From Flectonema sp. DT1601 (Eukaryota), in the NCBI GenBank assembly GCA_964019425.1, contig OZ025790.1, forward strand, positions 62,001 to 126,000: a stretch of 64,000 bases of DNA, in the 5' to 3' direction. Positions 46,232-57,800 of this stretch are shown here, piece by piece; within the stretch, counting starts at the first letter, position 1, and the number at the start of each line of letters is the position of its first letter. The notes beneath the pieces were generated by a model that was not told the DNA's origin, made no database searches, and worked only from the letters and a program-made list of their open reading frames with translations. The translations under genes were made by a program, and so were the position numbers.

Positions 46232-48034
46232 GAGAGGATGCCAAAAGTAGGGTACAATTTTGGGCCACGGGTATCTGACAGTCCCTAAGTGTGAATCCGA
46301 CCACTTTTCACAAGATATTTTATACTCAAAAAATGCAATTCCGTGTCTGGGAAGTGATTTTACTCACCGCTAGTTTCAAAATTCCATATTTCCTTCACTA
46401 AAGACCCCTCTTTGTAGGCTAACAGGCCTTTGTCCTGTATGAACCATTTTTGCTGCCTTTTTAAATCATGTCGTTTATTTATCTGAAACCAGTTAAATTC
46501 CTACAACATCCAGAAACATGCAAGAAAAAGTTGTTATCTCGCGGTTCAAAGAGCTAATGACAGAAATGGGTGAGCAGCTCCAATAGGGGGAGCGAAACAG
46601 TGCTAGTGGGTCGACAAAGAGACAGGTGAGATTAGCAAAACAGCTGCTTGAGTGCCTTTCAGGAGGCGATGTTGACAGCATGCTCAGGGATGTTACTGGC
46701 ATATCAAGTCTGTGGAAATGTGTTGTTCCCCCTTGTGTAGGTGAGATGATAAGTAGTTTAGAAGTTGGAAGGAGGAGGAGAGTTTTTAAAACACTTGACA
46801 GCAACGGGTGGAAGTTTTAACACTTTGCAGAAGCCGGTATTAAGATCGGAAGGAAGGCATGGGGTGAGAGAAACAGTGAGGCTCAGATGCTAGGACGGCC
46901 AAGAAAAAACCAATGAGGAGATGGCAGAAGTTGTCGACAGCGAGCACAGGGCAGCATCGGCGGAAACCTCTATCACACTGAAGAGGCTGTCGAAGGTGCG
47001 AGACTCAACTGTCACCATCCAGAATGTCTTGCCAACTTTCCGGAGCATCTATGAGAGCAGCTCTCTCAGAGATAAGATTTCAATGGCAACCTTTCGTAGG
47101 ATGAGAAAAGAAGAATTCCGCAAACTGGCCCGCCGAACTGATGTTTGTAACTACTGCCTGGCAGGCCAGTCAATCAGGAAGAAACTGGGGAAGCTCCTTA
47201 AAAGTGCTAAAGGGAAGTCCGGTTACTCGATGAGTGTCTGGAATGTCTCTCGCTCAAGTGGTCTTATTCTCCAGTGCATGCTCAATTCTCCTGGAAGTGT
47301 ACCCCAAAATATTAAACTTCAGGCTGCAGAATACATTCAGCAACTCGTAGAGATTGATCTTCACACTGAGGAATTCCGACGCCAGAACGCGATTTACGCT
47401 GAAAAAACACAAGACCCAGGTGACAGTCTGGTGATCACCCTAGACTACAAAGAAAAGGGTACATTGCCACAGGTTCCGCAGGAAGGCAATAGCCATTTCT
47501 ACAAGCAGGGGAAATACAGTTGCTTGGGGGAAAAGGGACACAGATACCCAAAAGGAAAAGAAAGCAGCGTCAGTGTAAGGGGTGCGGTGGGGTTGACCAC
47601 GACTTGCGCAACTGCCCTAGATCAGAATTTGAAAGCAGCACCAGTAGCATCATTACCAGTAGTGACAGTATGTGTACCAGTATCAGTAGTACCTGTGCTA
47701 GTAGCAGTACTTCCAGCACTCCCAGTGACGTGTAGCAATTAAGAACTTCAGCAAAATCAATGATTTTTATAAAAAAGAAAGCACATCATTGTATTATCAG
47801 TACTGCCTATTAAGCACCTGGTCGAACTTAGTATCACTACCATTCTCCTTATACTACAGGTAAGCTCTTAGGGAAAATATGGAATTTTCAAACTAGCGGT
47901 GAGTAAAATCACTTCCCAGACACGGAATTGCATTTTTTGAGTACAAAATATCTTGTGAAAAGTGGTCGGATTCACACTTAGGGACCGTCAGATACCCGTG
48001 GCCCAAAATTGTACCCTACTTTTGGCACGTTCTC
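46232..48034 (+). mobile_element. Internally deleted DNA transposon with ~160-bp TIRs, probably Sola-like
   Basis: TIRs 46232-~46393 and ~47872-48034 are nearly identical. Termini GAG...CTC are flanked by ATAT on both sides; the exact boundary within the palindromic TATAT flank is ambiguous. Contains a transposase remnant. Confidence 0.88.
46518..47735 (+). pseudogene. Transposase pseudogene
   Basis: Frame from ATG 46518 has stops at 46584 and 46818 and a +1 frameshift in an A-run near 46905 (GRPRK). It then reads TFRRMRKEEFRKLARRTDVCNYC and ITLDYKEK...HFY...SCLG. It jumps at ~47530 to a C-terminal CCHC knuckle (CKGCGGVDHDLRNC) in another frame. Confidence 0.8.
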
Positions 48035-48135
48035 ATATAAAACAATAAAAAAAAGCGTCAGACTATAACCGTCCATTTGGCACAAAAGGGTTAGAATAAG
48101 GCAAGGCAAGGGAACATAACTTTTTTTTTTTTTTT

Positions 48136-49749
48136 TTACGCATCAACTCTCCCACTCATAAGTTCAATAAGTTGGTGATCAGGAAACCAATACGTTTTCT
48201 CTCTTCTTGTTACGTCGTGTAACAGTTGCTGAAACTGATTCACATCAACTTCCTTGTTAATAGTCAACAGAAGCATCAATCTCATCGTGTCTCTATCGTA
48301 TTTAGAATGAGTTATTAATAAATACTCACACAGTCTTATTATAGATAAATGATTTGAACCAAAACCATATTCAATCCAAAGTCGTAAAGCAAGGATAGCA
48401 GTACCCACATGTTTTGAGGTCATGGTTGGATCTTTCATGTGTTGTCTTTTTGACTCATCTTTGCAATAGCGAGTTACGATTTTGATCAGTCGGTCTTTTT
48501 CAACGTCGCTGAAACATTCATTTGTTCCAACATCACCCCAATCAACCATAGTTGGGATTATGTGATGAAATAGTCTGATGTCAGATTTTTGTAAAGCGAT
48601 CACAATTTTAGACGAACCTCCTCCTCCGAGGATATCACGAAGTTCATTTACTCTAATCACTTTTGCTAAAAAATTAGCAGCCAATTCAATCGGTTCTGAG
48701 TTGACTGTTTCTAATTGTAAACACTCGCATAAGATTGCAACAGTTTCTGATCTACATTGGTGTAGGGTAGAAATACAATTTAATGAAAATGATTCCAAGA
48801 TCGCAATGCAATTATCTCCAACGTCTTCACGATGTTTCTTCAATGCTTCCAAAACATCAGTAAACACCGAGTTCGGATCCTTTAAAGCAGACGGAGATAA
48901 ACTCATTGACCTGTACACAGCTAAGATCTGTTGGGTTATTTCTAAGTCATCAACTTTATCTAAGAAAACATTCTTTACGAGAACGACATCTTCATCGTAA
49001 ACATGCAACTGAGAAGCTCTGTACATTCTATCCATTGCAAACAACGTTGATAATAATATACAATGTGGGCTTTTAAGGTTTCTAAGAACCTTCCTAAGCT
49101 GGCACAGGATGATAGGAACTTCTTTTGGAGATACAAAGTGTGCTGTCAAAGCTAATATTTTATACCACAGTTCAACGATTGATTCATTAACGTCGTTGCT
49201 TGATTGAAGAGCAGTTAGTACTTCTCCACATAAACTGCTACCTGGAGGAGTGATATCATCATCAGCTACAATGACACCACAACTCGATGCTTCTGAAAGT
49301 GTTTTAGCCGCTGATGACAATAACGATAATTCAACTAAACAATATTCAGTCATTGCTGGTAGCAGTGATGCTCTCAGTACTAAGTAAGTACCATATTCTT
49401 GAATAGCAACGTTGTCTGGAAACTTCTTGAGAGCAGCAACTAAAGGCTGCCATGCTAATATAACCTGCTGACACTCTAGTTTACATATTGATAGAAGTTT
49501 AACACAGAATTCTTGAACCGCCATATCACCAGGTAGTGACAACATTAAAGTAATCGTTGCCGCAACTCCTCCACTTCTCATGTATTCTTCTCGCTGTTCA
49601 CAAACCATGTCACTCATAACTTTGTATTGTCCTTGGAGACCCCAGTTGCCATCCCATTTTCCAGTTGGATCTCCTGAATTCATTTTACACATTCCTTGTA
49701 ACTTCTCCAACATGGAAAGTTCTTTAGGGGTTGAGAAATATGAACCCAT
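48136..49749 (-). CDS. 537-aa alpha-helical (armadillo-like) repeat protein with predicted N-myristoylation motif
   Basis: Starts MGSYFS (MGxxxS). Repeats such as LVAALKKFPDNVAIQEYG and LMLSLPGDMAVQEFC resemble ARM-type repeats. Confidence 0.8.
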   Translation of the reverse strand: MGSYFSTPKELSMLEKLQGMCKMNSGDPTGKWDGNWGLQGQYKVMSDMVCEQREEYMRSGGVAATITLMLSLPGDMAVQEFCVKLLSICKLECQQVILAWQPLVAALKKFPDNVAIQEYGTYLVLRASLLPAMTEYCLVELSLLSSAAKTLSEASSCGVIVADDDITPPGSSLCGEVLTALQSSNDVNESIVELWYKILALTAHFVSPKEVPIILCQLRKVLRNLKSPHCILLSTLFAMDRMYRASQLHVYDEDVVLVKNVFLDKVDDLEITQQILAVYRSMSLSPSALKDPNSVFTDVLEALKKHREDVGDNCIAILESFSLNCISTLHQCRSETVAILCECLQLETVNSEPIELAANFLAKVIRVNELRDILGGGGSSKIVIALQKSDIRLFHHIIPTMVDWGDVGTNECFSDVEKDRLIKIVTRYCKDESKRQHMKDPTMTSKHVGTAILALRLWIEYGFGSNHLSIIRLCEYLLITHSKYDRDTMRLMLLLTINKEVDVNQFQQLLHDVTRREKTYWFPDHQLIELMSGRVDA

Positions 49750-50137
49750 TTTGGTTTTGTTGTTGTTGTTGTTGTTATTGTAAGTGTGATTTTACCCCCT
49801 CCCTTCCTGAATTTGAAAGGGTTATGTAAATCTAATGAGTGTCTTGTCCCATGTTATCTTTGTTGAATAGAATGAAAAAAAAAAACAAATAAAATGAATG
49901 GAAAAAGAAAGAAACAAAAAAAATTTACAAGAAAAGAAACGATTCCGAACGTATGCAAACACATTACAAAAAAAATATACAAAAAAAAAAAAATTATAAT
50001 AATAATAATTACGACACACCAAACAGAAGGAGGAGTTGTACATATTCCCTCCACCCTCCGGCCACTGATTGTTTTTTTTTAATAGAACAACGAGTATCAG
50101 TTTACGAAGCTGTTGTTGATGAAGCAGGTCGTGAAGG

Positions 50138-51961
50138 TTATTCCAGACACTGGCTGCTCAACTCAGCTAACTGAGCGACCATTCTCTTTGTGTGAGCAAA
50201 GACAGATGCCTGAGAGGTGCATGTTAATATTCTTTTAATAGTGTCTTGAATAGTAATTGGTGACACACTCGTATCGTCAGGCATCGTCTCAACTGCTTCA
50301 GATATTCTTTGGAACAAATGAGAAGTCAAACCTGAAGACGACTTTATAAGTGAACGAGTCTTGTTGAGAAGTTGTAATCGAGAAGAAGAAGAAGCAAACA
50401 CAGGATACACTGTAAGATCATCTCTGAGTGCCTTCTGCACGTATGCAACAGCAGAAATCCCACCGATACTTGGGAAAGGGATTCTTGCGAATAAATATGC
50501 TGTCGAGCCACACAATGCAGCACACAATGAGATCTGGTCGTTACTCACACTTATCTCATCCGGAAGAAGCCAATTAGCTGCTGGTTCTGTTCCAACGGGT
50601 GAGAAGGATGTGAGACCTCCACATTGCTCTTGACGAAATTGAAATTTAATATGAAATTGTTTACTAACAATACTAAACTGAATCGAATGGTGTGTTACCA
50701 TCTTAACAATAGGATCTCCATTACTATCATAAAGTCCCGTATTTAATGGAGTTGAGTATGGTAACTGTGTGTATGTATTATCATCATCGTGATGAATACA
50801 AATATTAACTCCCGGATCTAATTCACTCATACAATAAGAAGCTGACAATATGTATCCCGCTGCTGCTAATTGTTCGCAAAAGGTGAGAATCGAAGTTGTT
50901 TTTTCACTGTTTCGGTTAACACAAACTTCAAAACCAGTTTGAGAAGCGAGTTTATTGAAAACCATGGCGAGAATTCGACTTCGGAGGATTTCTGAAAGCG
51001 TACCTGTTTCGTAAAAACCACCTTTTCCGACGCATAACCCAGATACCTGCCAGCTATCACCCACAGGGACTACTGTACATGGACACCGTTGATCACCAGA
51101 ATTTTGTAATATCTCACGTTCTATGACTGAAGTGAGAGATGGGAGCTCTTCAAAAGTGAATGGACTTTCCAACTCTGGAATGGGAATCTGCATACTGTTT
51201 TCAGGCTCACCAACCTTTAACATAATCTCAGCAGATCTATTAATGTTGTTAGCCTGACTTCTGATTGCTGGATCACTTCCTTCTATATTCGATAGTAGAT
51301 ATGGAAGTGACATCCCAGTTGTTACTCCAACACTTGACATAACAGAAAACAATCCTGGAAGCGTTTGAATTCCACCAAACACATTCTGTGAAATGTATCG
51401 GCAAACTGAATTCAAAGCCGCTCTAGTCGACAACACAACAGACATCGAACAAGCTCTTGCTCCAGCTTTCGGAATATTCTCAAATATCGTGGAATTTTTT
51501 GACACATCAAAGTAAGGAGGGATCACTAACATAACATCTTGGTTATCCTCTTGTAGTACAAAGTTTCCTTGTTCTATACATGTTTTTATAAGTGATAGAA
51601 GCCATGGTGATGCTGTACCCCAGGCTTGTCTTATTTCACGTTGTCTGAAAGAATCGATCAACTGAAAGTTTGACCTAAACGACGGATACTTTGATAACGC
51701 CTGATCAATTCCAGAACTGAAGTAATCACCTAAAAAGAACTCTGGAGTCGCTGAAGCGACTCGTGCGATTCTTGCTGGTGATACCGATGGCCTATAAACA
51801 GAACTGACACCTCTGGATATGTGAGGTGTTGGAACACTACTAGTCCTCGCAATGTGAGGTGATGTTGATATCAATCTCCTTACTGAACTACCACTATCTC
51901 TTCCAAAGAATGAAGATGGAGGTGACGAGTGGGGAGTCCGAGAATGATCCTCTCCGTTCAT
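50138..51961 (-). CDS. Hypothetical 607-aa protein with Ser/Pro/Arg-rich N-terminus
   Basis: Long ATG-initiated ORF. U-rich tract + AG at 51980-51979. No family recognised. Confidence 0.8.
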   Translation of the reverse strand: MNGEDHSRTPHSSPPSSFFGRDSGSSVRRLISTSPHIARTSSVPTPHISRGVSSVYRPSVSPARIARVASATPEFFLGDYFSSGIDQALSKYPSFRSNFQLIDSFRQREIRQAWGTASPWLLSLIKTCIEQGNFVLQEDNQDVMLVIPPYFDVSKNSTIFENIPKAGARACSMSVVLSTRAALNSVCRYISQNVFGGIQTLPGLFSVMSSVGVTTGMSLPYLLSNIEGSDPAIRSQANNINRSAEIMLKVGEPENSMQIPIPELESPFTFEELPSLTSVIEREILQNSGDQRCPCTVVPVGDSWQVSGLCVGKGGFYETGTLSEILRSRILAMVFNKLASQTGFEVCVNRNSEKTTSILTFCEQLAAAGYILSASYCMSELDPGVNICIHHDDDNTYTQLPYSTPLNTGLYDSNGDPIVKMVTHHSIQFSIVSKQFHIKFQFRQEQCGGLTSFSPVGTEPAANWLLPDEISVSNDQISLCAALCGSTAYLFARIPFPSIGGISAVAYVQKALRDDLTVYPVFASSSSRLQLLNKTRSLIKSSSGLTSHLFQRISEAVETMPDDTSVSPITIQDTIKRILTCTSQASVFAHTKRMVAQLAELSSQCLE

Positions 51962-52402
51962 ATCAAAAACTTTATTTTCTGAAAAAATAAAAATAATATA
52001 ATTAAAATTATTTTTTTCTTGTAGTTTTTTTTATTTATTTTAACTCATTTTGCTGTTAAAAAAGTCATAACTACACACTACGAGTGCAAAGTGTCGGGAT
52101 GGAAAAAAATAATTTAAAAAAAAAAAAAAAAAAAAAAATAAATAAACAAAAAAAAAAAGATCACAAAACTCTATTCAGAATTGAATCACTCTCCCCAATA
52201 AAGATGTGGGGCGATCGGTTTTAATCTTACTTTTGTGCAAAGCAGACATCTTTTTTTTTTTCTTCTAAAATAATTTTGCTTAGCCTCCCATCACAGACGA
52301 ACTTGATAACGAGATTTTTACATCTCGTTATCTCTATGCTCTGGTCTGTCGGATTACTCTGTTTGAACATCAATTAAAAACAGTACTCCAATTCGATGAG
52401 CC

Positions 52403-52888
52403 TTATGAGTCTCTTGATGGCAGGGCTGCAGGAGGACCTGTTAAGTTTGATGGAACTGGAGCTGGAGCTTCCGACTCAACTTCTCCCTCAAAACTCAAAT
52501 CGTGAATTGTTGAAAAATCTTCCCATCCACTCTGGATAATAAGTTTAACGAACTTTACAGAACTACCCACAGTGCTATTTATTTGAAATGATTCTGACTG
52601 GAGGTTACCAGCTGTTGGTTTTTCACCCATCTCCACATCCAGCATAACTTTAAATTTTATTGGTTGAGTCTCACAGCTTGCCTTTACTACTAATCTTCGT
52701 ATTGCGTGTGAAGCAGTCTTGAGCTTACTTAGTGTCACAGTAGCGTCTTTGAATCCAATTAAGACTTCTTGTGGATACATTCCAGTTGTACTCCAAAAGG
52801 TTTTTTCATCTCCATCGACCATATTATATCCAGGGTACCTTTCATCATTCGATGTGGTCAGTAGCACTTCAGCTTTTATCTGAGACAT
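52403..52888 (-). CDS. IFT25: Intraflagellar transport protein 25 (HSPB11 family)
   Basis: Signature TSNDERYPGYNMVDGDEKTFWSTTGMYPQE and KLIIQSGWEDFSTIH. First ATG at 52888. Confidence 0.92.
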   Translation of the reverse strand: MSQIKAEVLLTTSNDERYPGYNMVDGDEKTFWSTTGMYPQEVLIGFKDATVTLSKLKTASHAIRRLVVKASCETQPIKFKVMLDVEMGEKPTAGNLQSESFQINSTVGSSVKFVKLIIQSGWEDFSTIHDLSFEGEVESEAPAPVPSNLTGPPAALPSRDS

Positions 52889-54818
52889 ATGTGTGTTGTG
52901 TGTGCTGTGTCGATAAGAATTAACAGTAAAAAAATTCGCTTCCAAAATCTTTATTCAAAACTAACGCAGGAAGCAAGTTGACTATTTTACGAAACGAATA
53001 CGGTTGGCGTTGGCCAGACAGACGTGCCAGGAAGGATGGCTTTTTTTTTTTCTTTTCTTTCTTTCCTTTTTTTTTCATCATTCATTTTTTTTTTTTTGAA
53101 TTATTTTCTTCTCCTCTCTTCTTCGGTTTTTTTTATTTTTTTTCCTATTTTTTTTTCCAATTCTGAAATTTCCCCGAAATAAGAAAAAAAAACGTCGCCC
53201 CAAAAAAGAGGAAGTCGTAAGAAATTGTACTAATGATAAGAGAACACAACACACCTTTTTTTTTTTTTTTTTTTTTCAAAATTTCCGGTAACAGTTTCGA
53301 ACCATTTCCTTACCAACTTAATACAAAAAAAAAGTTTTTTTTTTTCTTTTGGAGTACTTTTGAGGCATTTGCCAACACGCTGATCATTGCTGAGATGAAC
53401 AATTCATTTTCCAAACAAACAAAACAAAACCACAGTCTGACGACAATCGATCACTGTCCGACTTGTTTTCGGACGCGACTTAAAAGATTGCAAGCAGCTA
53501 TGAGGACGTTATAGTCAACCAGATAGCTAACAACTTACTTAGCGAGAGAGAGAAAGACGTAACCGCAATCAAAATTGACTCGCAACTTTTGTTTTCTTTG
53601 TTGCTGTTGTTGCCGTTGTTTTTTATTTTCTCTTTTTTTTTTTTTTTCTCCCTTCTATCTTCCAGTTGACATCTTATACAAATATTATTTTCAATAATCT
53701 CTTAACTGCCAGTCTGAAAGAATTTTAATATTAGAAATGGGAAAAAAAAAAAAAAAGAAAAAAGCAAAAAAAAAAAAAAAACCACGTGAGAAGAAGGAAA
53801 ACAGGAAGGGCTGGGAGGAAGAACGGGAAACTCAACAGACAGAAAAACAAGGAAAGACGACAATACTACAAAAAAAAAAAAAAAAAAAAAAAAAAACCAT
53901 TTCTTTAGCTTACGTCGCCAGTTTTTTATTTTAACGCGTTGCTCAAAGGGAACATCAGCGTCACTTTTTTTTTTCCTTCTTTTTTTTCTTTCTTTTTTCA
54001 GTTAGATAAGCATAAACGTCGTACGACGACACAACAAACATTTATGCAGTTTCGCACTCCGGAATTTTTCGTTCTCTTTTTTTCTTTGAACGTACATATT
54101 TAGAAAATCCAAAACTCACGTGCGGACAAGCATTGTCTCCACCCTCAACACAGAATGGCTGCGGGCCAAACGCCAGAAGAATGTCGCTCTCAAAACTTGA
54201 CAACACAAAAAAAAGGAGAAAAAAAAGTCCTGCACCGCAACGAGTGAATTAATACACCGCATTGCAGTAGTGGAGAAAGGGACTGTTCAAGACAGGTCCC
54301 GTCAACACTCTAAGTCGAAACAAGGTAGTGGTTAGTGCAGAGGGGTTGATCCGTAGCAGCAAAAAGAAAAATAATATAAAACCGATTGCTAGCAAGAATT
54401 GTTATGCAGATTGTTAACCAACGATAATGAGGGAAGACAAAATAACAAACAGCAAAAGAAACTTCCCAAAATCGCACTATAAATAGAAGCAATTTACAGG
54501 AGGGAAGAAAAAAGAAATTAGAAAATTCTGAATATATTTTTTCATTATAAAAATTTTATCGTTCTTTTTTTTTTTTTTTTTTTTTCTTTCAAAAAAGTCG
54601 GAACCCCTACAACACAAAACTATAAACTGGAATAGGCAAGAATAGACACCACCACCAGTGGCATCAGTTGCACTGCCTGCGTACCGTGTGTACTGATACT
54701 TTTTGCACTCAACGTTATAACTAATTCCAGAAAAGTGCATCTGGCACCAGCAGACTAGCGGTGTCAAAGAAACAGGAAGATATTTGTTTGCTTTAAAGTC
54801 AGTAGCATAGCTGCTCGT

Positions 54819-57800
54819 TCAATTAGTCTCATCCATGGTTACGTCAAGTGCTGTAATAAGTCCGATAATTGAACCAAGAAATGCTACCCCAAGTATAATT
54901 GAAGCCACCCTCCTAACAAATTCACTTCTACGACGCCAGCAGACAGATGGTCCTAATGCAAGTAACAGTGGTAAGAATAAGAAGAATGAAAACAACATTG
55001 ACCAAGTGCTTGAGATTACCATAATTAAACCAAACTTCGTCAATGGTACAATGGTACAAGCAAGTAGTAGTGCGGTACTGCCAATGGTGGTAGCAGCAGC
55101 TGCTAGAAGAGGAAGGCCAAGGTCAACTACAATACGATGAACCACAACTTCTCGAGATGCATCATGGTAACCATTTCTGTTTAAGTATTCCCACAGTTGT
55201 CCCCATGCATGAGCAAGATGAACACAGTAGTCAACAGCAATACCAATAACCACAGATACAGCAACTGCTTCCAGGGGTCCAACTTCCCAACGAGCTGTCC
55301 AAAAAACTGCCAGAGTTGCTACCATTGAAGCAAGCATAGTTGACATGACAAAGAAAGTTAACCAAAAGTCACCCAAAAACACCAACACCACTCCGAATGC
55401 AACCAGCCCAGCGAGGCACAGACTGTAGACTAGTGAGTTCAAAGCATTTATTTCCAGAAACATGTCTGGCCAACTAGCACTTGTTTGATAGGTCACGCAG
55501 GACACAGCCGCTCCAGGACTGTTGAGATATTTTACCTCTTCTTCCCATGAGTCATAGTGATCTTTAAGTTCTCGTGCACCTGCTGAGACTTTAACGGTAC
55601 CTCTGAACTTGAATTCTATAAAAGTAATTCTGTTGTTGCTATCGAACCCAACGTACTTTGTGTATGTGTCCCACAGTCCTGATGATGATCTGAGAAATCG
55701 ATACACTTGTTCAGCAAATATTTCCTCAGCAACAGGAAATTTGTGACCAGAAGCGTGAACCCAATCTCTAAACAAATCCATAAAACAAACAGTTGTATTC
55801 AACTGTAGAAAAGACAACGGTGTTGTTTTAGCATAGCTGCAGACGGATGCGAGGTGAGCTTGACAGGTTGGAAGGGCAGCGTTGAAGTTTGTATCGTATA
55901 CAGCTTGTTGAGAATCTCCATTTAATATTCCTTTTGAATTTGCTGCATCAACACCCCACAAAAGAGAAACTTCAATGGTACTTGTATCAATTGCATTTAC
56001 TGCATTTATCTTACAGAGATTGTTGCCTCCGCATTCACCGCAGTCGTCTCTTGATTGACCGGCTGGACATTGGTTGGCGCATGATTTACCAAATGCATTG
56101 CCACCCCAAGTTCCAGATTCGTCGGGACCACATATTCCACAGGGGTCAACTCTACGAGGATTAGTAGTAATTATTGAAACTAATGATTGATCACATAATC
56201 TACATAAACCGTTTGATTCACAACGACCTCCAATATCTGTACAGGAACTGAGACATTGTGTGCAATCACTTCCAGTGTGAAATGCATTGCATTTCTTTGG
56301 CGCAGTACTACCCGTTAACGTCTTTGCTTCACGACGACTGATTGGTGGTGGAGTTGGTGTAATCACTCTCACTGGAGGTGCTGTAAATATATCGAATCCG
56401 ATCGCCTTTTCTTCAGGTCCGTGTTGAACAGAGAAATCAGAAATAATTAATTCAGTCTTCAGTTTAGAACTTACCGTCGCAAGCTGTAATGTATTCATTA
56501 AACTATTAACCTCAGCCGGGATATAATTAATACTCATAAAGAATGATCCTATAATTTGAACTACTGCGTTACTACTCAAACACGACACGTCAATCAGTCG
56601 TAGCGTTCCTCCGAATACCGGAAGTTCTCTGTCGAGAATCGACTCAGCGATACTGAAGTCTGTACCAAAAGCAGAAGATAGTTCTGATCTGGTGAACTCG
56701 TTGGTGTTGATGTCAGCGCATGAGAGGGCTGAGATGTCGGAGTTTTTATTTTTGATTTCCAACTTTAAAATATTATTTGCCTGCGGAGCACTAGCTATGC
56801 AAGTATCCTTTGCTAGATGTGATAACACACAACTGCCACAAGCCCATACCTTGTCACTTGTAAAGGTCCCGTCACACTTACGACAAGTTTCACCATTTCC
56901 ATTACAAACACCACACGGATCTAATTTATCTGATCCGTACAACACACCTGCACATGATGTGTGATGTGATAGTTGTTTTGGTTCATAACTCCATGGAGCA
57001 CATCTATTTGATACTGCTCTTTCCATACAGGCCCTTGTTGTACCATAAAGAGTATCCCTATTACGATATTTCTCAATACGATGTCCTGAAGGAAATATCT
57101 GAGTCGGGTTGTCACTCAACTGTAATTGACCACATCCTACGACAGCCATTAAGAACAACGTCCCACTGAGAATCACGAGAGGTTTGGCGAATTTTCTTAG
57201 AAATGGCCAGAGGTACTTATCACACATTTGTCTTATAATTGGATCGTTTGAATTCGACTGACCTTCACCATCGAACTCATCTGATTCTGAAGTGCGATCA
57301 GTTGGTGGGGAATCAGGTTTTGTAGTTGTTGACTCCTCTGATATATTAGTACCAGGGTCTGTACCATGTTCTGCGTATCCTGTTTGAACATCATCTCCTT
57401 CAGGTGACTGTGACCGTGATTGTGGTTGTGACTGTGGCTGTGATTGTGACTGTGATTGTTCTTCAGGTAGAATACTTGATCGAGGAGTAAGAGCAATCTC
57501 GTTGTCCGATGACAACTCCTCTTCTGTTTCCTCCTCATCTTCAACTTCTCCTAAAATAGCACCTCCAGCAACTTCACTCATCACAGATATCCATCCAGTG
57601 TAAGGAGCAGTAATCCGAGCTCTGTTTCTTATAATTTCTGAGACTAAAACTTCATCTCCGGTATTAAGTTCAGCAACCTCATCAGATGTGAGTGACTGCT
57701 CAAGTCTAATTAAAGCACCTTGAAGACCAACTATACGAAACAACATGGGTTCTTCGAATAAAACTTCTGACACCTCCTCACCTGATGTGTTAGAAATGAT

